A stretch of 48,271 nt of DNA from IMG/VR virus record IMGVR_UViG_2558860170_000007; one strand, given 5' to 3'. This document shows, piece by piece, positions 10,611-21,649 of the stretch (positions within the stretch are counted from its first letter, which is position 1; each line of letters opens with the position of its first letter). The DNA comes from a virus (lineage: Duplodnaviria; Heunggongvirae; Uroviricota; Caudoviricetes). The notes under the pieces are model-generated. The model made no database searches. It saw only the letters and a program-made list of their open reading frames with translations, and was not told where the DNA came from. A program made the position numbers and the translations under genes.

Positions 10611-11127
10611 TCAGAATTTATAACCGACACCCACGATGAAACCGTCAGTGCGCCAGAGACGTGTTGCTGTGGCGACCGTCATCACTTCCGGTCAGCACAT
10701 CGTGCGTTTTCCCCTTATTGTCAGTTACGCGGATATAATCCCCGGAAAAAGTCGACACACGGCTGTAAGCCACACCCGCCATCGCATACGCGCTGAACCA
10801 TTCATTCACGCGCACAGACGGCCCCGCCATCACGCTGAACCAGCGGTTACGCACGGAATCTTCATGCCAGCGGGTATCGCTGTAACGGGTCAGCTGGCGA
10901 TTCTTGTCTCCTGCATAGCTGAATGACGTCACCAGCCCCAGCGTATCCGTAAACTCATAACGGTATTTCACGTTAATCCCGTTCAGATCATCACTGCCGG
11001 GAACGTTGGTCCGGGCATGAAGATACCCCGCGCTCAGCGTGGACTGATGTTCAGACGCCCATGCAGGCGCACCGGATACGGCCAGGCAAATGGCTGCGGA
11101 CAAAATGGCTGCACAAACTTTACGCAT
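10611..11127 (-). pseudogene. lom: Lom-family outer membrane protein (Ail/Lom), C-terminally frameshifted
   Basis: Signal peptide MRKVCAAILSAAICLAVSGAPAWA and Lom-like body; the reading frame stops at ...SLAH while the canonical OMP C-terminus WRTDGFIVGVGYKF is encoded in another frame just downstream. Confidence 0.7.
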
Positions 11128-11197
11128 AATTACCTCTCGCTTTTCTGCAATAAAAAAGGCGTCATTCCTGACGCCATTTATTGGGGTTATAAATATT

Positions 11198-14100
11198 TCA
11201 ACGAATACTGATGCCGGAAGCCGCTTTTTTGGTCACAATCACCGTACAGTCGGTGATATTGCCTGCCCCCTGATTGCCTTTCTGGAAAATCTTAAACTCC
11301 AGAGTGACGCTACCACCACCACTAGGCATATCAATAACTGCACTGTAACTACCGGGAATGGCACCTTTAGTTTCTCTGGATGCGATTAATACGCCGTTTT
11401 TGCGAACTTCAAAACCATAACCCGTGTATCGCGTGCCTCCTGGGTTATTTCCGCTCCCCGGATCGTCATACGCTATACCGTTAAAAATAATGGGCGGAAT
11501 AATAATCTGGCGGTCAAAGTTATGATCATCGCTTATGGTGACTGTAACCGTCCCGTTTGGTGTTTCCGTGTTACCCCACGTACCAGCCTGTTTCGGAAAT
11601 GATTTGGATACAGCTTTAACGAAGTCACCTCTGACCTGAGTCGCCTCCAGCATGCCCTTAATCGTACAGTTTTCATTTACCGTGACATTGTTGAGCGTCC
11701 CGGCGTTCGCATTCACACTGCCACTGATATCCGCATTTTTAGCGGTCAGCTTTCCGTCCGGAGTCAGGGAAAATGCCGATGGATTTCCACCGCTGGTAAT
11801 GGTGGGGGCCGTCAGGCGTTTCAGGAACACGTCGTTCATGAATATCTGATCGCCCTGACCAACAAACATCGGTTTTGTGTTGCCATTCGCAGGATTAACC
11901 ATCGCAATCCTGTCCGCCGCCAGCAGCACCTGACTCTGCATGCCGTCAGGGGTGTTCTCAATACCGGCACCAATACCCGCGATATAAAGGCGTCCGTCCT
12001 GCATCTGCTGCAGCTTCACAGCCCACATGCTGTTCAGGTTATTATTTGTATCAACCTGAACCTTCTGTATCTGCTGAATTGCCGCACTCTGGTCTTCCAG
12101 TTTCTTATTGACGGTCTGCGTGATTTCATTGCTGACATCCGTAATGGACGTCCTGATTTCAGCCAGGTCAGGCGCAAGCTGACCGTTATCAATCTGCGTC
12201 CACAGCTCCTGAGCCAGATGGGTTTTCCCTATCTCGCCTTTGAAAAAATCCAGATAACCGGATGCATCATCACTCGGCTGACCAACAGCCTCCACGAATG
12301 CCGATTTGCCAACGGTGTTCACACTGCGGATATAAAAGTAATAATCATGGCCCGGTTTGATATTGATACTGGCGGCTATCCAGTACAGCGCCGTGCCAAG
12401 ATAGCGTGCTGTGGTTTCAACCTGCCTGATATCCGCAATCCGCTTTTCCGAGAACCAGAACTCAAACTGTACCGTCGGATCATAAACCGCAAGATGCGGC
12501 GTGGCGGTTATCTGAAAATAGCCCGGCGTCAGCTCAATCCGCGACAGCGCTGCCGGTGCGGCAATCCGGAACGATACCGACGCCGGATCGCCCTGCTGCC
12601 CCCACGCATTTACTGCCCGGACTGTCAGCCTGTAGTTCCCCAGCGCCAGTTGTGTGAAGCGGTAAGTGGTTTCCGTCGTCCGGGCCGTGCTGACCAGCCG
12701 CTCACTGCCGTCATCCGCTGTTACGGTCAGACGGAGCAGGAAGCTCACGCCCTTCACCACCTTCGGCGTGTCCCAGCGCGCCAGCACCTGATATTCCCCG
12801 CTGTCTGCGGTGACTTCGGCAGTCAGGTGCTGCACCGCTGGCGGCGTGACACCATTCACCGTGCCGCTCTGGTCGCCGTCAAAGTGCGCCCCGTTATCCA
12901 CGATGGCTTCTTTTTCCGGCACATGCTGCACGGCGGTGATGGCATACGTGCCGTCGTCGTTCTCACGGATACTCACGCAGCGGAACAATCGCTGGTGCAG
13001 CGTCGGCAGCTTCAGCCCCCACACGCTGTATTCAGCAACACCGTCAGGAACACGGCTCACTTTTACCTTCACGCCGTCGGTGACGGACTGGACCTCCACG
13101 CTGACCGGATTCCCCTGCCCGTCAACCAGGCTTATCAGCGTGGTGCCGGAGGATGGCAGCGTGATTTCACGGTCGAGCGTCAGCGTCCGGGTCTGGCTGT
13201 TCACCGCCAGCACGCGCCCGCCGGTGCGGATACCGGCATAGTCATCATCGCAGATTTCAATGACATCGCCCGGTACATGACGAAGCCCTTCAGCACCCAC
13301 GCTGAAATCCACGGTCTGCGTCTCCAGCAGTTCCGTTTTAATCAGCCACAGCCCGGCGCGGTGTGCCTGCCCCCGGCTGGTACAGCCAAAGGCATCCATC
13401 TTCGTGACGTTACGACCGTAACGGACAATGGCCTGCGTATCCTCCACAAGCTCTGTCGCCGTCTCCCAGCCGTTATCCGGGTCAATCCAGTTCACCTCAA
13501 CGGCATTATGGCGGTCTTTCAGGGCGCTGAAACTGTAGCGGAACGGCGCGCCATCATCCGGCATCACCACATTACTGCGGTTATAGGCCCACACCTTATC
13601 CGACTGTCGGTCCTGCACGAACGTCAGCGTCTGCCCGTTCCATACCGGCATACAGCGCATCGCCGAGCAGAAATCACTGAGCACATCCCACGCCTTGCGC
13701 TGTGTGGTCAGCCAGGCATTACAGGTGATGCGCGGCTCCGTGCTGCCAAAGCCGTCCGGCACCGACTGGTCACAGTACTGGCCGATGACATACAGCGCCC
13801 ATTTATCCACATCTGCCGCACCAAGACGTTTCCCCATGCCATAGCGCGGATGGGTCAGCATATCCCACAGACACCAGGCCATGTTGTTGCTGTATGCCGG
13901 TTTTAACGTTCCGTCCCAGATACCGCTGTATTGCCGCGTCTGCGGATTATAGTTCGACGGCACCTGCAGAATGCGCCCGCGAAGATGATAATTACGGCTC
14001 ACCTGCTGGCTGCCGAACTGCTCCGAATCCACCTGTACGCCGACCAGTGCCGTGTTCGGGTAGCACTGTTTCACATCGATGATTTCGGTGTATGACGACC

Positions 14101-14695
14101 AGAGCGTTTTGTTCTGCAGCTGGTCTGTGGTGCTGTCCGGCGTCATTCTGCGCATCCGGATATTAAACGGGCGCGGCGGCAGGTTATCCACCACCACCGA
14201 GGCCAGATACTGCGAGGTGGTTTTGCCCTTAATGGTGATGTCTTTTTCCGTCACCCAGCCACCGTTACGCTGTATCTGAACCAGCAGGCGAACTTCAGAC
14301 GGATTCCTGTCTCCCTTTGAGGTGGTTTCCACCAGTGCCTGTACACCGAAGGTAAAACGCAGTCGGTCAATGTTTGCCGACGTGATGGTCCGGGTGATCG
14401 GCGTGTCATATTTCACTTCCGTACCCAGCACCGTCTCGGAGCCGGAGGATTCAAATCCCTCCGGCGGTGACTGCTCCTGCTCACCTGCCCGGAACACCAC
14501 CGTGACGCCGGAGATGTTGGTATTCCCCTCACTGTCCAGCACCGGCGTACTGTTCAGCAGCACGCTTTTTAATCCATCCACCGGACCTTCAACCGGCCCT
14601 TCGCTGATGGCATCGATCACACTCAGCAGCTGCGTGGACTTCAGGTTGTCCTTCGCTTCGCGCGGGGTATGCCCCTTACTGCTGCCTTTACCCAT
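11198..14695 (-). CDS. J: Tail tip / host specificity protein J
   Basis: 1165-aa ORF, N-terminus [34 protein letters not shown]..., near-collinear with lambda J as recalled. Confidence 0.95.
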   Translation of the reverse strand: MGKGSSKGHTPREAKDNLKSTQLLSVIDAISEGPVEGPVDGLKSVLLNSTPVLDSEGNTNISGVTVVFRAGEQEQSPPEGFESSGSETVLGTEVKYDTPITRTITSANIDRLRFTFGVQALVETTSKGDRNPSEVRLLVQIQRNGGWVTEKDITIKGKTTSQYLASVVVDNLPPRPFNIRMRRMTPDSTTDQLQNKTLWSSYTEIIDVKQCYPNTALVGVQVDSEQFGSQQVSRNYHLRGRILQVPSNYNPQTRQYSGIWDGTLKPAYSNNMAWCLWDMLTHPRYGMGKRLGAADVDKWALYVIGQYCDQSVPDGFGSTEPRITCNAWLTTQRKAWDVLSDFCSAMRCMPVWNGQTLTFVQDRQSDKVWAYNRSNVVMPDDGAPFRYSFSALKDRHNAVEVNWIDPDNGWETATELVEDTQAIVRYGRNVTKMDAFGCTSRGQAHRAGLWLIKTELLETQTVDFSVGAEGLRHVPGDVIEICDDDYAGIRTGGRVLAVNSQTRTLTLDREITLPSSGTTLISLVDGQGNPVSVEVQSVTDGVKVKVSRVPDGVAEYSVWGLKLPTLHQRLFRCVSIRENDDGTYAITAVQHVPEKEAIVDNGAHFDGDQSGTVNGVTPPAVQHLTAEVTADSGEYQVLARWDTPKVVKGVSFLLRLTVTADDGSERLVSTARTTETTYRFTQLALGNYRLTVRAVNAWGQQGDPASVSFRIAAPAALSRIELTPGYFQITATPHLAVYDPTVQFEFWFSEKRIADIRQVETTARYLGTALYWIAASINIKPGHDYYFYIRSVNTVGKSAFVEAVGQPSDDASGYLDFFKGEIGKTHLAQELWTQIDNGQLAPDLAEIRTSITDVSNEITQTVNKKLEDQSAAIQQIQKVQVDTNNNLNSMWAVKLQQMQDGRLYIAGIGAGIENTPDGMQSQVLLAADRIAMVNPANGNTKPMFVGQGDQIFMNDVFLKRLTAPTITSGGNPSAFSLTPDGKLTAKNADISGSVNANAGTLNNVTVNENCTIKGMLEATQVRGDFVKAVSKSFPKQAGTWGNTETPNGTVTVTISDDHNFDRQIIIPPIIFNGIAYDDPGSGNNPGGTRYTGYGFEVRKNGVLIASRETKGAIPGSYSAVIDMPSGGGSVTLEFKIFQKGNQGAGNITDCTVIVTKKAASGISIR

Positions 14696-14755
14696 TCGTC
14701 ATGCTCCATAAACGATAAAACCGCCCGGAGGCGATTTCACATAAAACATTTTGCA

Positions 14756-15427
14756 TCAGCGACCAATCACCACAACCTGACCACCGTCCCCTTCGTCTGC
14801 CGTGCTGATCTCCTGAGATACCACACGTGACCCCACGCGCATTTCACCATACAGAACAGGCATAACATTGCCCTGGGCAACCATGTTATCCAGTGAGGAG
14901 AAATAGATGTTCTGCTTACCGTTATCCGTTGTCTGTGTGCGGGGAGTTCTGGCTTTCGGTGCCAGCATCTGAGCCACACCGCCGAGCACCATACTGGCAC
15001 CGAGAGAAAACAGAATGCCGGTCATACCACCGGCACCAATGGCAGCCCCCCATGCTGCAAGGGTGGCTCCGGCGGTAAAGAATGATCCGGCAATGGCGGC
15101 TGCTCCCAGGACAATCTGGAATACACCACCTGACTTGGCCCCGGCGACTCTGGGAACAATATGAATCACAGCGCCGTCAGGCAGAGCCTCATGTAACTGC
15201 GCCGTTAATCCGGACGTGCTAACATCCTGCCCGGCAATACGCACCTGATACCAGCCGTCGCTCAGCTTCTGACGAAACGCAGGGAGCTGTGTGGCCATCG
15301 CCCGGATGGCTTCGGCACCCGTTTTCACACGAAGGTCGATGCGGCGGCCAAATCGTTGCAAATCCCCGTAAAGGCAGATGCGTGCCATGCCCGGTGACGC
15401 CAGAGGGAGTGTGTGCGTCGCTGCCAT
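14756..15427 (-). CDS. I: Tail assembly protein I
   Basis: 223 aa, MAATHTLPLASPGMARICLYGDLQRFGRR..., C-terminal Gly/Ala-rich hydrophobic segment; lambda I-like. Confidence 0.9.
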   Translation of the reverse strand: MAATHTLPLASPGMARICLYGDLQRFGRRIDLRVKTGAEAIRAMATQLPAFRQKLSDGWYQVRIAGQDVSTSGLTAQLHEALPDGAVIHIVPRVAGAKSGGVFQIVLGAAAIAGSFFTAGATLAAWGAAIGAGGMTGILFSLGASMVLGGVAQMLAPKARTPRTQTTDNGKQNIYFSSLDNMVAQGNVMPVLYGEMRVGSRVVSQEISTADEGDGGQVVVIGR

Positions 15428-16068
15428 TTGTCGGTATACCTCTCTCGTTTGCTCAGTTGTTCAGGAATATGGTGCAGCAGCTCGCCGTCACCACAGTAAA
15501 TGGCGGCATGATTCGGCACCGATGAACCAAAACAGCACAGCAGCACATCGCCCGGCTGCGCCGCTGACAACGGCACCTGATACAGCCCTGTGGCCTCCAG
15601 ATTATCCAGATAGAGATTCTGACCGTGACGCCACCAGTCATCCTCACGATGAAAATCCGGCATCTCAATCCCCGCCAGATGGTAAGCATCCCGGAACAGC
15701 GTGTAACAGTCCGTCACCCCGTGCTCAAAGCGCCGCCCGGTAAGATGTGGCACACAGCGGAACTTGTGAATCGCCCCCCGGCAGACCAGCCACCACGGCA
15801 AATCACTCTGCACCTGCAGCCGCCGGTCGGCCTCACTCAGCCAGGGCAGACCACCGGGGTGGCTGTGGACCAGTGCCACAATCTCACCCTGCATCTCTGC
15901 CTGCAGCCAGTCTTCCGGCGACATACGGAAATACGCCTCCGGCTCACCGGAGATATTCACGCAGGGGAAATATCTTTCCCCCTCCGGCGTTCTTACCACG
16001 AAGCCGCACGACTCCGCTGGAGCACATCGCCGGGCGTGCGCCAGAATCGCTGATTCTGTCTCTGTCAT
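15325..16068 (-). CDS. K: Tail assembly protein K (MPN/JAMM plus NlpC/P60 domains)
   Basis: HSHPGG...SEAD JAMM-type motif and C-terminal Cys/His peptidase region. The start may instead be the internal Met at 15924 (199-aa form). Confidence 0.85.
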   Translation of the reverse strand: MTETESAILAHARRCAPAESCGFVVRTPEGERYFPCVNISGEPEAYFRMSPEDWLQAEMQGEIVALVHSHPGGLPWLSEADRRLQVQSDLPWWLVCRGAIHKFRCVPHLTGRRFEHGVTDCYTLFRDAYHLAGIEMPDFHREDDWWRHGQNLYLDNLEATGLYQVPLSAAQPGDVLLCCFGSSVPNHAAIYCGDGELLHHIPEQLSKRERYTDKWQRRTHSLWRHRAWHASAFTGICNDLAAASTFV

Positions 16069-16073
16069 GGGAT

Positions 16074-16772
16074 TTACTGCGAAAGTTTGTTAATGGAAAG
16101 GAAGCCGCCAAAGTTGCCGACGTTATTGCGAAACTTACAGCCACTCAGGCATTTGCTGCATTTATCCTTCGTGATGTCGGACGTTGGCTGGTCATATTCA
16201 TCCGCGACCGCCGGACCGTGATAACCGCACTCATCGCCGCGATAGGTCCAGGTGCAGGTGTTGGCCAGCATGATACGTCCCGGAAAAACAGCGCCATCTG
16301 TTTCCGTCGGCGTGGACAGTACAAAAGAGGCACTCACCGCGCTCAGTTCGCTGCACTGCTCAATGCGCCAGCGGCTGATCACCTCCTGCTCCGGATCGGC
16401 GTCACTGTTTCCGTTGACGAAGTTCACCGCATCCAGAAAACGGGCGTAAACCTTACGCCGGACCACCGTTCCGCCGACCAGACTCTGTAGATCTTCCGCC
16501 ATCCCGGTGACCATACCGTACAGGTTAGAAACCATCAGCGTGGGGCGCGTACTGGTGCCTTTGCCATTCAGTTCAAAACCACTCCCCTGAATGGGATACG
16601 GCTGATACTGTCGCCCCTGCCAGGTGACCGGCTCACCTTTTTCGTTCTGCTCATTACAGAAAAAATAACGTTCTCCACCGACCTCTGTCAGATCGATTTC
16701 CCAGAGCACCACGCTGGCCGACTGCTCCGCACGGGTGCATTCATTCAGTGTTTCCTGCCGGATATCCTGCAT
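16074..16772 (-). CDS. L: Minor tail protein L
   Basis: 232 aa, MQDIRQETLNECTRAEQSASVVLWEIDLTEVGGERYFF..., with a Cys cluster near the C-terminus. Confidence 0.9.
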   Translation of the reverse strand: MQDIRQETLNECTRAEQSASVVLWEIDLTEVGGERYFFCNEQNEKGEPVTWQGRQYQPYPIQGSGFELNGKGTSTRPTLMVSNLYGMVTGMAEDLQSLVGGTVVRRKVYARFLDAVNFVNGNSDADPEQEVISRWRIEQCSELSAVSASFVLSTPTETDGAVFPGRIMLANTCTWTYRGDECGYHGPAVADEYDQPTSDITKDKCSKCLSGCKFRNNVGNFGGFLSINKLSQ

Positions 16773-17101
16773 CAGTTCACCACCTGTTCAAACTCTGCGC
16801 TGAACTCAACACGCAGCATACTGACCCGCGACGACCATTTTGCGCAGGTCACCTTTATCTGCCGCCACTCATAAGGCGGCGTCCACAGAAAGGCTTTCCA
16901 GCCCCCGTGCTCTTCCAGAAACGACTCCAGTACCATGGCCTCCTCACGGGGGACAGAAAGCGTCACGCTGTACGTTTTCAGGTTGGCATTCAGCCCGGCA
17001 GGCGCTCGCTGGGAATAGCCATCACCAAAGCGCACCTTTCTTACAGAAGGGGCCGAAGCCACATCCATACCGGGTTTCACTTTCCAGCGGAAGGTTTTCA
17101 T
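16772..17101 (-). CDS. M: Minor tail protein M
   Basis: 109 aa; 1-nt overlap with L, as in lambda. Confidence 0.9.
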   Translation of the reverse strand: MKTFRWKVKPGMDVASAPSVRKVRFGDGYSQRAPAGLNANLKTYSVTLSVPREEAMVLESFLEEHGGWKAFLWTPPYEWRQIKVTCAKWSSRVSMLRVEFSAEFEQVVN

Positions 17102-19659
17102 CGTCCACCTCCGGAGAACAGGCCACCATCACGCATCTGTGTCTGAATTTCATCACGGGCACCCTTGCGGGCCATGTCATACACGGCCTTCATCATCTGT
17201 GGACCTGGCAGACCATTCGTACCGTCGTTCTGAATCACCACGTGATTGTTCTGATTAAAATTAATGCCTTCAGCCCGCCGCATCTGCGCCGGACTTCCGG
17301 CACCGCCCACATAACCACCTTCCGCATAGCCGCGCATCAGCCGGTAGAGATTCCCCACGCCAATCCGGCTGGTTGCCTCCTTCGTGAAGACAAATTCACC
17401 ACGGTGAACAATCCCCGCTGGCTCATATTTGCCGCCGGTTCCCGTAAATCCCCCGGTTGCAAAATGGAATTTCGCCGCAGCGGCCTGAATGGCTGTACCA
17501 CCTGACGCGGATGCGCCGCCACCAACAGCCCCGCCAATGGCGCTGCCGATACTCCCGACAATCCCCACCATTGCCTGCTTAAGCAGAATTTCTGTCATCA
17601 TGGACAGCACGGAGCGGGTGAAGCTGCGCCAGTTCTGTTCACTGCCGGTCAGCATCGCCGCCATATTCTGTGCAATACCATCAAAGGTCTGCGTGGCTGC
17701 ACTTTTAACCTGTGACATACTGTCCGTGGCGCTCTCTTCCCACTCACTCCAGCCGGACTTCAGGCCTGCCATCCAGCTCCCGCGAAGCTGGTCTTCAGCC
17801 GCCCAGGTCTTTTTCTGCTCTGACATGACGTTATTCAGCGCCAGAGGATTATCGCCATACTGTTCCTTCAGGCGCTGTTCCGTGGCTTCCCGCGCTGCCT
17901 GCCGGTCAGTCAGCCCCCGGTTTTTCGCATCAATGGCTGCCCGTTTTGCCCGTTGCTGCTGTGCGAATTTATCCGCCTGCTGCGCCAGCGCATTCAGGTG
18001 CTCCTGATACGTAACCTTGTCACCAAGTGCAGCCAGCTGGCGTTTGTACTCCAGCGTCTCGTCTTTATGCGCCAGCAGGGATTTCTCCTGTGCGGACAGC
18101 TGGCGACGTTGTGCCGCCTCCTCCAGTACCGCGAACTGACTTTCTGCCTTCCACAAATCCCGGCGCTGCTGGCTGATTTTCTCATTCGCTCCGGCATGCT
18201 TCTCCAGCGTCCGGAGTTCTGCCTGAAGCGTCAGCAGGGCCGCATGAGCACTGTCTTCCTGACGATCGCCCGCATACACCTTCACGCCGGACTGTTTCGG
18301 CTTTTTCAGCGTCGCTTCATAATCCTTTTTCGCCGCCGCCATCAGCGTGTTGTAATCTGCCTGCAGGATTTTTCCGTCTTTCAGTGCCTTGTTCAGTTCT
18401 TCCTGACGGGCGGTATATTTCTCCAGCGGCGTCTGCAGCCGTTCGTAAGCCTTCTGCGCCTCTTCGGTATATTTCAGCCGTGACGCTTCGGTATCGCTCT
18501 GCTGCTGCGCATTTTTGTCCTGTTGACGCTGTTGATCTACCCTCTTTTGGGCTGCATCCCGCTCCAGGCGTTTTTTTTCACGATCATCCCAGTAACGCGC
18601 CCGTGCTTCATCGTTAACGAAATAATCATCCTTGCGCAGATTCCAGATGTCGTCTGCTTTCTTAAACGCAGCCTCTGCCTTAATCAGCATCTCCTGCGCG
18701 GTATCAGGACGACCAATATCCAGCACCGCATCCCACATGGATTTGAATGCACGTGCAGTCCTGTCTGCCCAGGTCTCCAGCGTGCCCATGTTCTCTTTCA
18801 GGCGGCGGGTCTGGTCATCAAACCCTTTCGTTGCGGCCTCGTTCGCCGCCTGCAATGCCCCGGCTTCATCGCCGGAACGCTGCAACTGAGCAACATACGC
18901 AATCTGCTCCGCCGTCACGTTATGGAACTGGCGTGCCATCGCCGTCAGCCCCGACGTCGGGTCTGTGGTCAGCTTCCCGAAGGCTTCAGCGACCTTGTCC
19001 ACCTCCACGCCGGATGCAGAGGAGAAACGCGCCACACTCTGGCTGATGGACGCAATCTGAGCCTCACCGCTTACCCCCGCCTTAACCAGTGCGCTGAGTG
19101 ACTCGCTGGTCTGGTTAAACGTCAGCCCTGCCGCCTGCCCGGCTCTGGACAGGACCAGCATACGATCTGCCGTCAGTCCCGCCTGATTACCGGAAAGGAC
19201 CAGCGTTTTGTTGAAATCGGACAGGGTTGAGTTGCCCTGATACCAGGCATACGCCAGCGCACCGGTCGCCACCGCCAGCGAGGTGGCCCCCACCATCGGC
19301 AGGGTGATCGCGCCGGCAAGCCCCCTGAACATGGGGATCATCCCGCCGAAGGAGTCCTTAACCTGACCACCCTGTTGCAGCAGGATCAGCCAGGGATTCT
19401 GCCCCCCTGCAAGCTGCGTGGCCACGTCGGTGAACTGTGCAGGCAGCATACGCATGGCGGCTTTATACTGCCCGACGGAAATCCCCGCTTTCTGTGCAGC
19501 CAGCGCCTGTCGGCTCAGCGACTGTTCAACGACTGCCGCTGTTTTTTTCGCATCACTTTCCGTACCGGAAAAATGACGCCTGACTCTGGCCATCTGCTCG
19601 TCAAATCTGGCCGCATCCAGACTCAAATCAACGACCAGATCGCCTACCGGTTCAGCCAT
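17098..19659 (-). CDS. H: Tail tape measure protein H
   Basis: 853 aa, coiled-coil-rich central region with a Gly-rich C-terminus; located between G/T and M. Confidence 0.9.
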   Translation of the reverse strand: MAEPVGDLVVDLSLDAARFDEQMARVRRHFSGTESDAKKTAAVVEQSLSRQALAAQKAGISVGQYKAAMRMLPAQFTDVATQLAGGQNPWLILLQQGGQVKDSFGGMIPMFRGLAGAITLPMVGATSLAVATGALAYAWYQGNSTLSDFNKTLVLSGNQAGLTADRMLVLSRAGQAAGLTFNQTSESLSALVKAGVSGEAQIASISQSVARFSSASGVEVDKVAEAFGKLTTDPTSGLTAMARQFHNVTAEQIAYVAQLQRSGDEAGALQAANEAATKGFDDQTRRLKENMGTLETWADRTARAFKSMWDAVLDIGRPDTAQEMLIKAEAAFKKADDIWNLRKDDYFVNDEARARYWDDREKKRLERDAAQKRVDQQRQQDKNAQQQSDTEASRLKYTEEAQKAYERLQTPLEKYTARQEELNKALKDGKILQADYNTLMAAAKKDYEATLKKPKQSGVKVYAGDRQEDSAHAALLTLQAELRTLEKHAGANEKISQQRRDLWKAESQFAVLEEAAQRRQLSAQEKSLLAHKDETLEYKRQLAALGDKVTYQEHLNALAQQADKFAQQQRAKRAAIDAKNRGLTDRQAAREATEQRLKEQYGDNPLALNNVMSEQKKTWAAEDQLRGSWMAGLKSGWSEWEESATDSMSQVKSAATQTFDGIAQNMAAMLTGSEQNWRSFTRSVLSMMTEILLKQAMVGIVGSIGSAIGGAVGGGASASGGTAIQAAAAKFHFATGGFTGTGGKYEPAGIVHRGEFVFTKEATSRIGVGNLYRLMRGYAEGGYVGGAGSPAQMRRAEGINFNQNNHVVIQNDGTNGLPGPQMMKAVYDMARKGARDEIQTQMRDGGLFSGGGR

Positions 19660-20086
19660 ACCGGACTCCTCCTGCGATCCCTTCTGATACTGTCATCAGC
19701 ATTACGTCATCCTCCGTCATGTCCGCCACATCCGGGGAAGCGGGGATAACTTCATTCCCGTCCGGGCCAAAGCGGACACCTCCGGCAAGCCCTGCCGCTT
19801 TCTGCATCAGCACATCATCTTCAGGCTCTTCGTCAGCCTCGCGCCGGTTCAGCAGACTGAAATCCAGCGGATGCATCTCCGGATCGCTGAAAAACAGGCT
19901 GAGCACGGTGTACGTCAGCCCGGAAAAGTGCATATCCAGCAGAACATCATGAAAATAATGGGTACTGTAAAAGCGGTGCCAGTCGGCATACTCCGTGGAT
20001 GACATCCCGGCAAGCATGGCGCGCCAGTCGGGTCGCCCCATCTCACGCGCCAGTTTCAGGGCAAAACTCAGCTCACCGTCGAACAC
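19652..20086 (-). CDS. T: T reading frame of the tail assembly chaperone (expressed as a G-T fusion by -1 frameshift)
   Basis: ORF overlapping the 3' end of G in the -1 frame; slippery heptamer GGGAAAG on the minus strand at 20085-20091, five codons before the G stop. Confidence 0.75.
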   Translation of the reverse strand: MFDGELSFALKLAREMGRPDWRAMLAGMSSTEYADWHRFYSTHYFHDVLLDMHFSGLTYTVLSLFFSDPEMHPLDFSLLNRREADEEPEDDVLMQKAAGLAGGVRFGPDGNEVIPASPDVADMTEDDVMLMTVSEGIAGGVRYG

Positions 20087-20490
20087 TTTCCCGCAGAAAC
20101 AGGCTCTGCAGGCCCGGCGTCCTCTGCCTGTTCAGGAGCATCATTCACCACAAACTCATACATACCGGACAGCCGGTACACCACGTTTTCAGCATGAGAA
20201 ATTGCCTCTGTGGGCCAGGTGGTAAGCACTTCCTGCTCAATCTGTTTAACGGCTTCATTCATGGACGGCATCTGCGTCTTCTTCGGATGGTTATGCCACA
20301 GGGACATCGCAACCACAAAAGCGCCGGTTCTGATGGCGTCTTCCACAGTAAACTTCCGGTTGCTGTCTGACTCCGCCTGTTCTGCCTGCCGTTTCATCAG
20401 GTCGAGATGCTCAATACGCTGCAGGGCTGACAGTTCAGAAAGCGTGACGGTCACACCGTTATGTTCAAATGATTCGGTTTTCAGGAACAT
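20068..20490 (-). CDS. G: Tail assembly chaperone G
   Basis: 140 aa, MFLKTESFEHNGVTVTLSELSALQRIEHL..., lambda G-like. Confidence 0.85.
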   Translation of the reverse strand: MFLKTESFEHNGVTVTLSELSALQRIEHLDLMKRQAEQAESDSNRKFTVEDAIRTGAFVVAMSLWHNHPKKTQMPSMNEAVKQIEQEVLTTWPTEAISHAENVVYRLSGMYEFVVNDAPEQAEDAGPAEPVSAGKCSTVS

Positions 20491-20505
20491 CGCTGACTCT
20501 CCGGA

Positions 20506-21246
20506 TTAACTGGCGGTGACGTTGATTTCTGCAACCGCAGCAAACTCACCATTACCAGATACGACCGGAATGTTGACCTTGCCTGCAGCAACACCTTTCA
20601 CGGTGATGGTCATACCACTGACCGACACGGTGGCTTTTGTTTTATCCGCAGACACCGCACGGAAGCTCTTGTCGGTTGCGCCATCCGGCTGGAATGCCAC
20701 GGTCAGCGTGGTGCTCTGCCCTTTCACTACGGAAGCACTGGCGGGTGTCACCGTCATGCCGGTCGTCGCCGTCACCGTGCTGCGATCTTCTGCCATCGAC
20801 GGACGTCCCACATTGGTGACCTTCACCGTGCGGGTAATCACCTCCTTCGCCGTCACCGCCTTACCGATACTGCTGACCCAGCCACGGAACACATCGACCG
20901 TGCCGTTCGGGAAGCGGATTTTATAGGCACGGGTATCACCTTCATTAAACCACGCCAGCAGCGCCTGCTGCCCCTGCTCTCCGGGCATCCACGCCAGCGT
21001 GAAGCTGGTATCTCCGGCAGATTTCTGCCCCTGCCCGGTCGCAGTCCAGTCTGCATCTTCATCATCGAGATAGCTGTCGTCATAGGACTCAGCGGTCAGT
21101 TCGCCGGGCGTCAGGTCTTTAACTTTTGCCAGACGCGACCAGTCAACGTCTGAAAGCGGGTTCGCATAAGGGTCACCGCTCCCCTTATAAACCCACAGGG
21201 TGGTCCCGGCACCTTTCACCGGCATTGTAGGATTTGGTACAGGCAT
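20506..21246 (-). CDS. V: Major tail tube protein V with C-terminal Ig-like domain
   Basis: Starts [24 protein letters not shown]... (246 aa from the Met at 21246; the ORF track extends 10 codons upstream). Confidence 0.9.
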   Translation of the reverse strand: MPVPNPTMPVKGAGTTLWVYKGSGDPYANPLSDVDWSRLAKVKDLTPGELTAESYDDSYLDDEDADWTATGQGQKSAGDTSFTLAWMPGEQGQQALLAWFNEGDTRAYKIRFPNGTVDVFRGWVSSIGKAVTAKEVITRTVKVTNVGRPSMAEDRSTVTATTGMTVTPASASVVKGQSTTLTVAFQPDGATDKSFRAVSADKTKATVSVSGMTITVKGVAAGKVNIPVVSGNGEFAAVAEINVTAS

Positions 21247-21253
21247 AGCGTCC

Positions 21254-21649
21254 TCACATTTCATAGATAATGACATAAGTCAGATCGGCTGAACTCCACA
21301 GGCCCGCATCATCGTCGCGCCGGTAGTCATAGCCGCTGGCCACCATACTGGTGATCAAATCTGACAGTGCCGGGATATCGCTCATCACCGGATAAATCCG
21401 GGACTCCATCCACGAATCCAGCTCTGAATCCGGCACCTGAGCAGGCAGGAAAACTTCAATATGCAGCTCCGCCTGCCAGGTATCGCTGTCCAGCTCTTCG
21501 CCCGTGTATTCAGCGCCGGTGAGATAAACGGCAATTGCCGGAAAATCTTCCTCATCAAAAACAGCGGGGCGACCATCAAAAAGCGTCGCCCCGGTGTCAT
21601 GCTTCTCCAGTGCATCCAGTACGGCTGCACGGAGTTCAGTATGTTTCAT
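21254..21649 (-). CDS. U: Tail terminator protein U
   Basis: 131 aa, [36 protein letters not shown]... Confidence 0.9.
   Translation of the reverse strand: MKHTELRAAVLDALEKHDTGATLFDGRPAVFDEEDFPAIAVYLTGAEYTGEELDSDTWQAELHIEVFLPAQVPDSELDSWMESRIYPVMSDIPALSDLITSMVASGYDYRRDDDAGLWSSADLTYVIIYEM

Noticed and set aside
12218-13906. 562-aa ORF on the + strand antisense to gene J
   Set aside because: Entirely contained within the J coding sequence; product is Arg-rich low complexity with no recognisable domain. Antisense ORFs are common in GC-rich phage structural genes.
15325-16068. Shorter 199-aa version of K starting at the internal Met (15924)
   Set aside because: That start would leave an unusual 150-nt gap after L and remove residues that appear to belong to the MPN domain; the longer frame is kept and the alternative is noted.
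17489-19101. Multiple 170-190-aa ORFs antisense to the tape measure gene H
   Set aside because: Overlap a strongly supported gene; products are Cys/Arg-rich low-complexity sequences with no start-site support.
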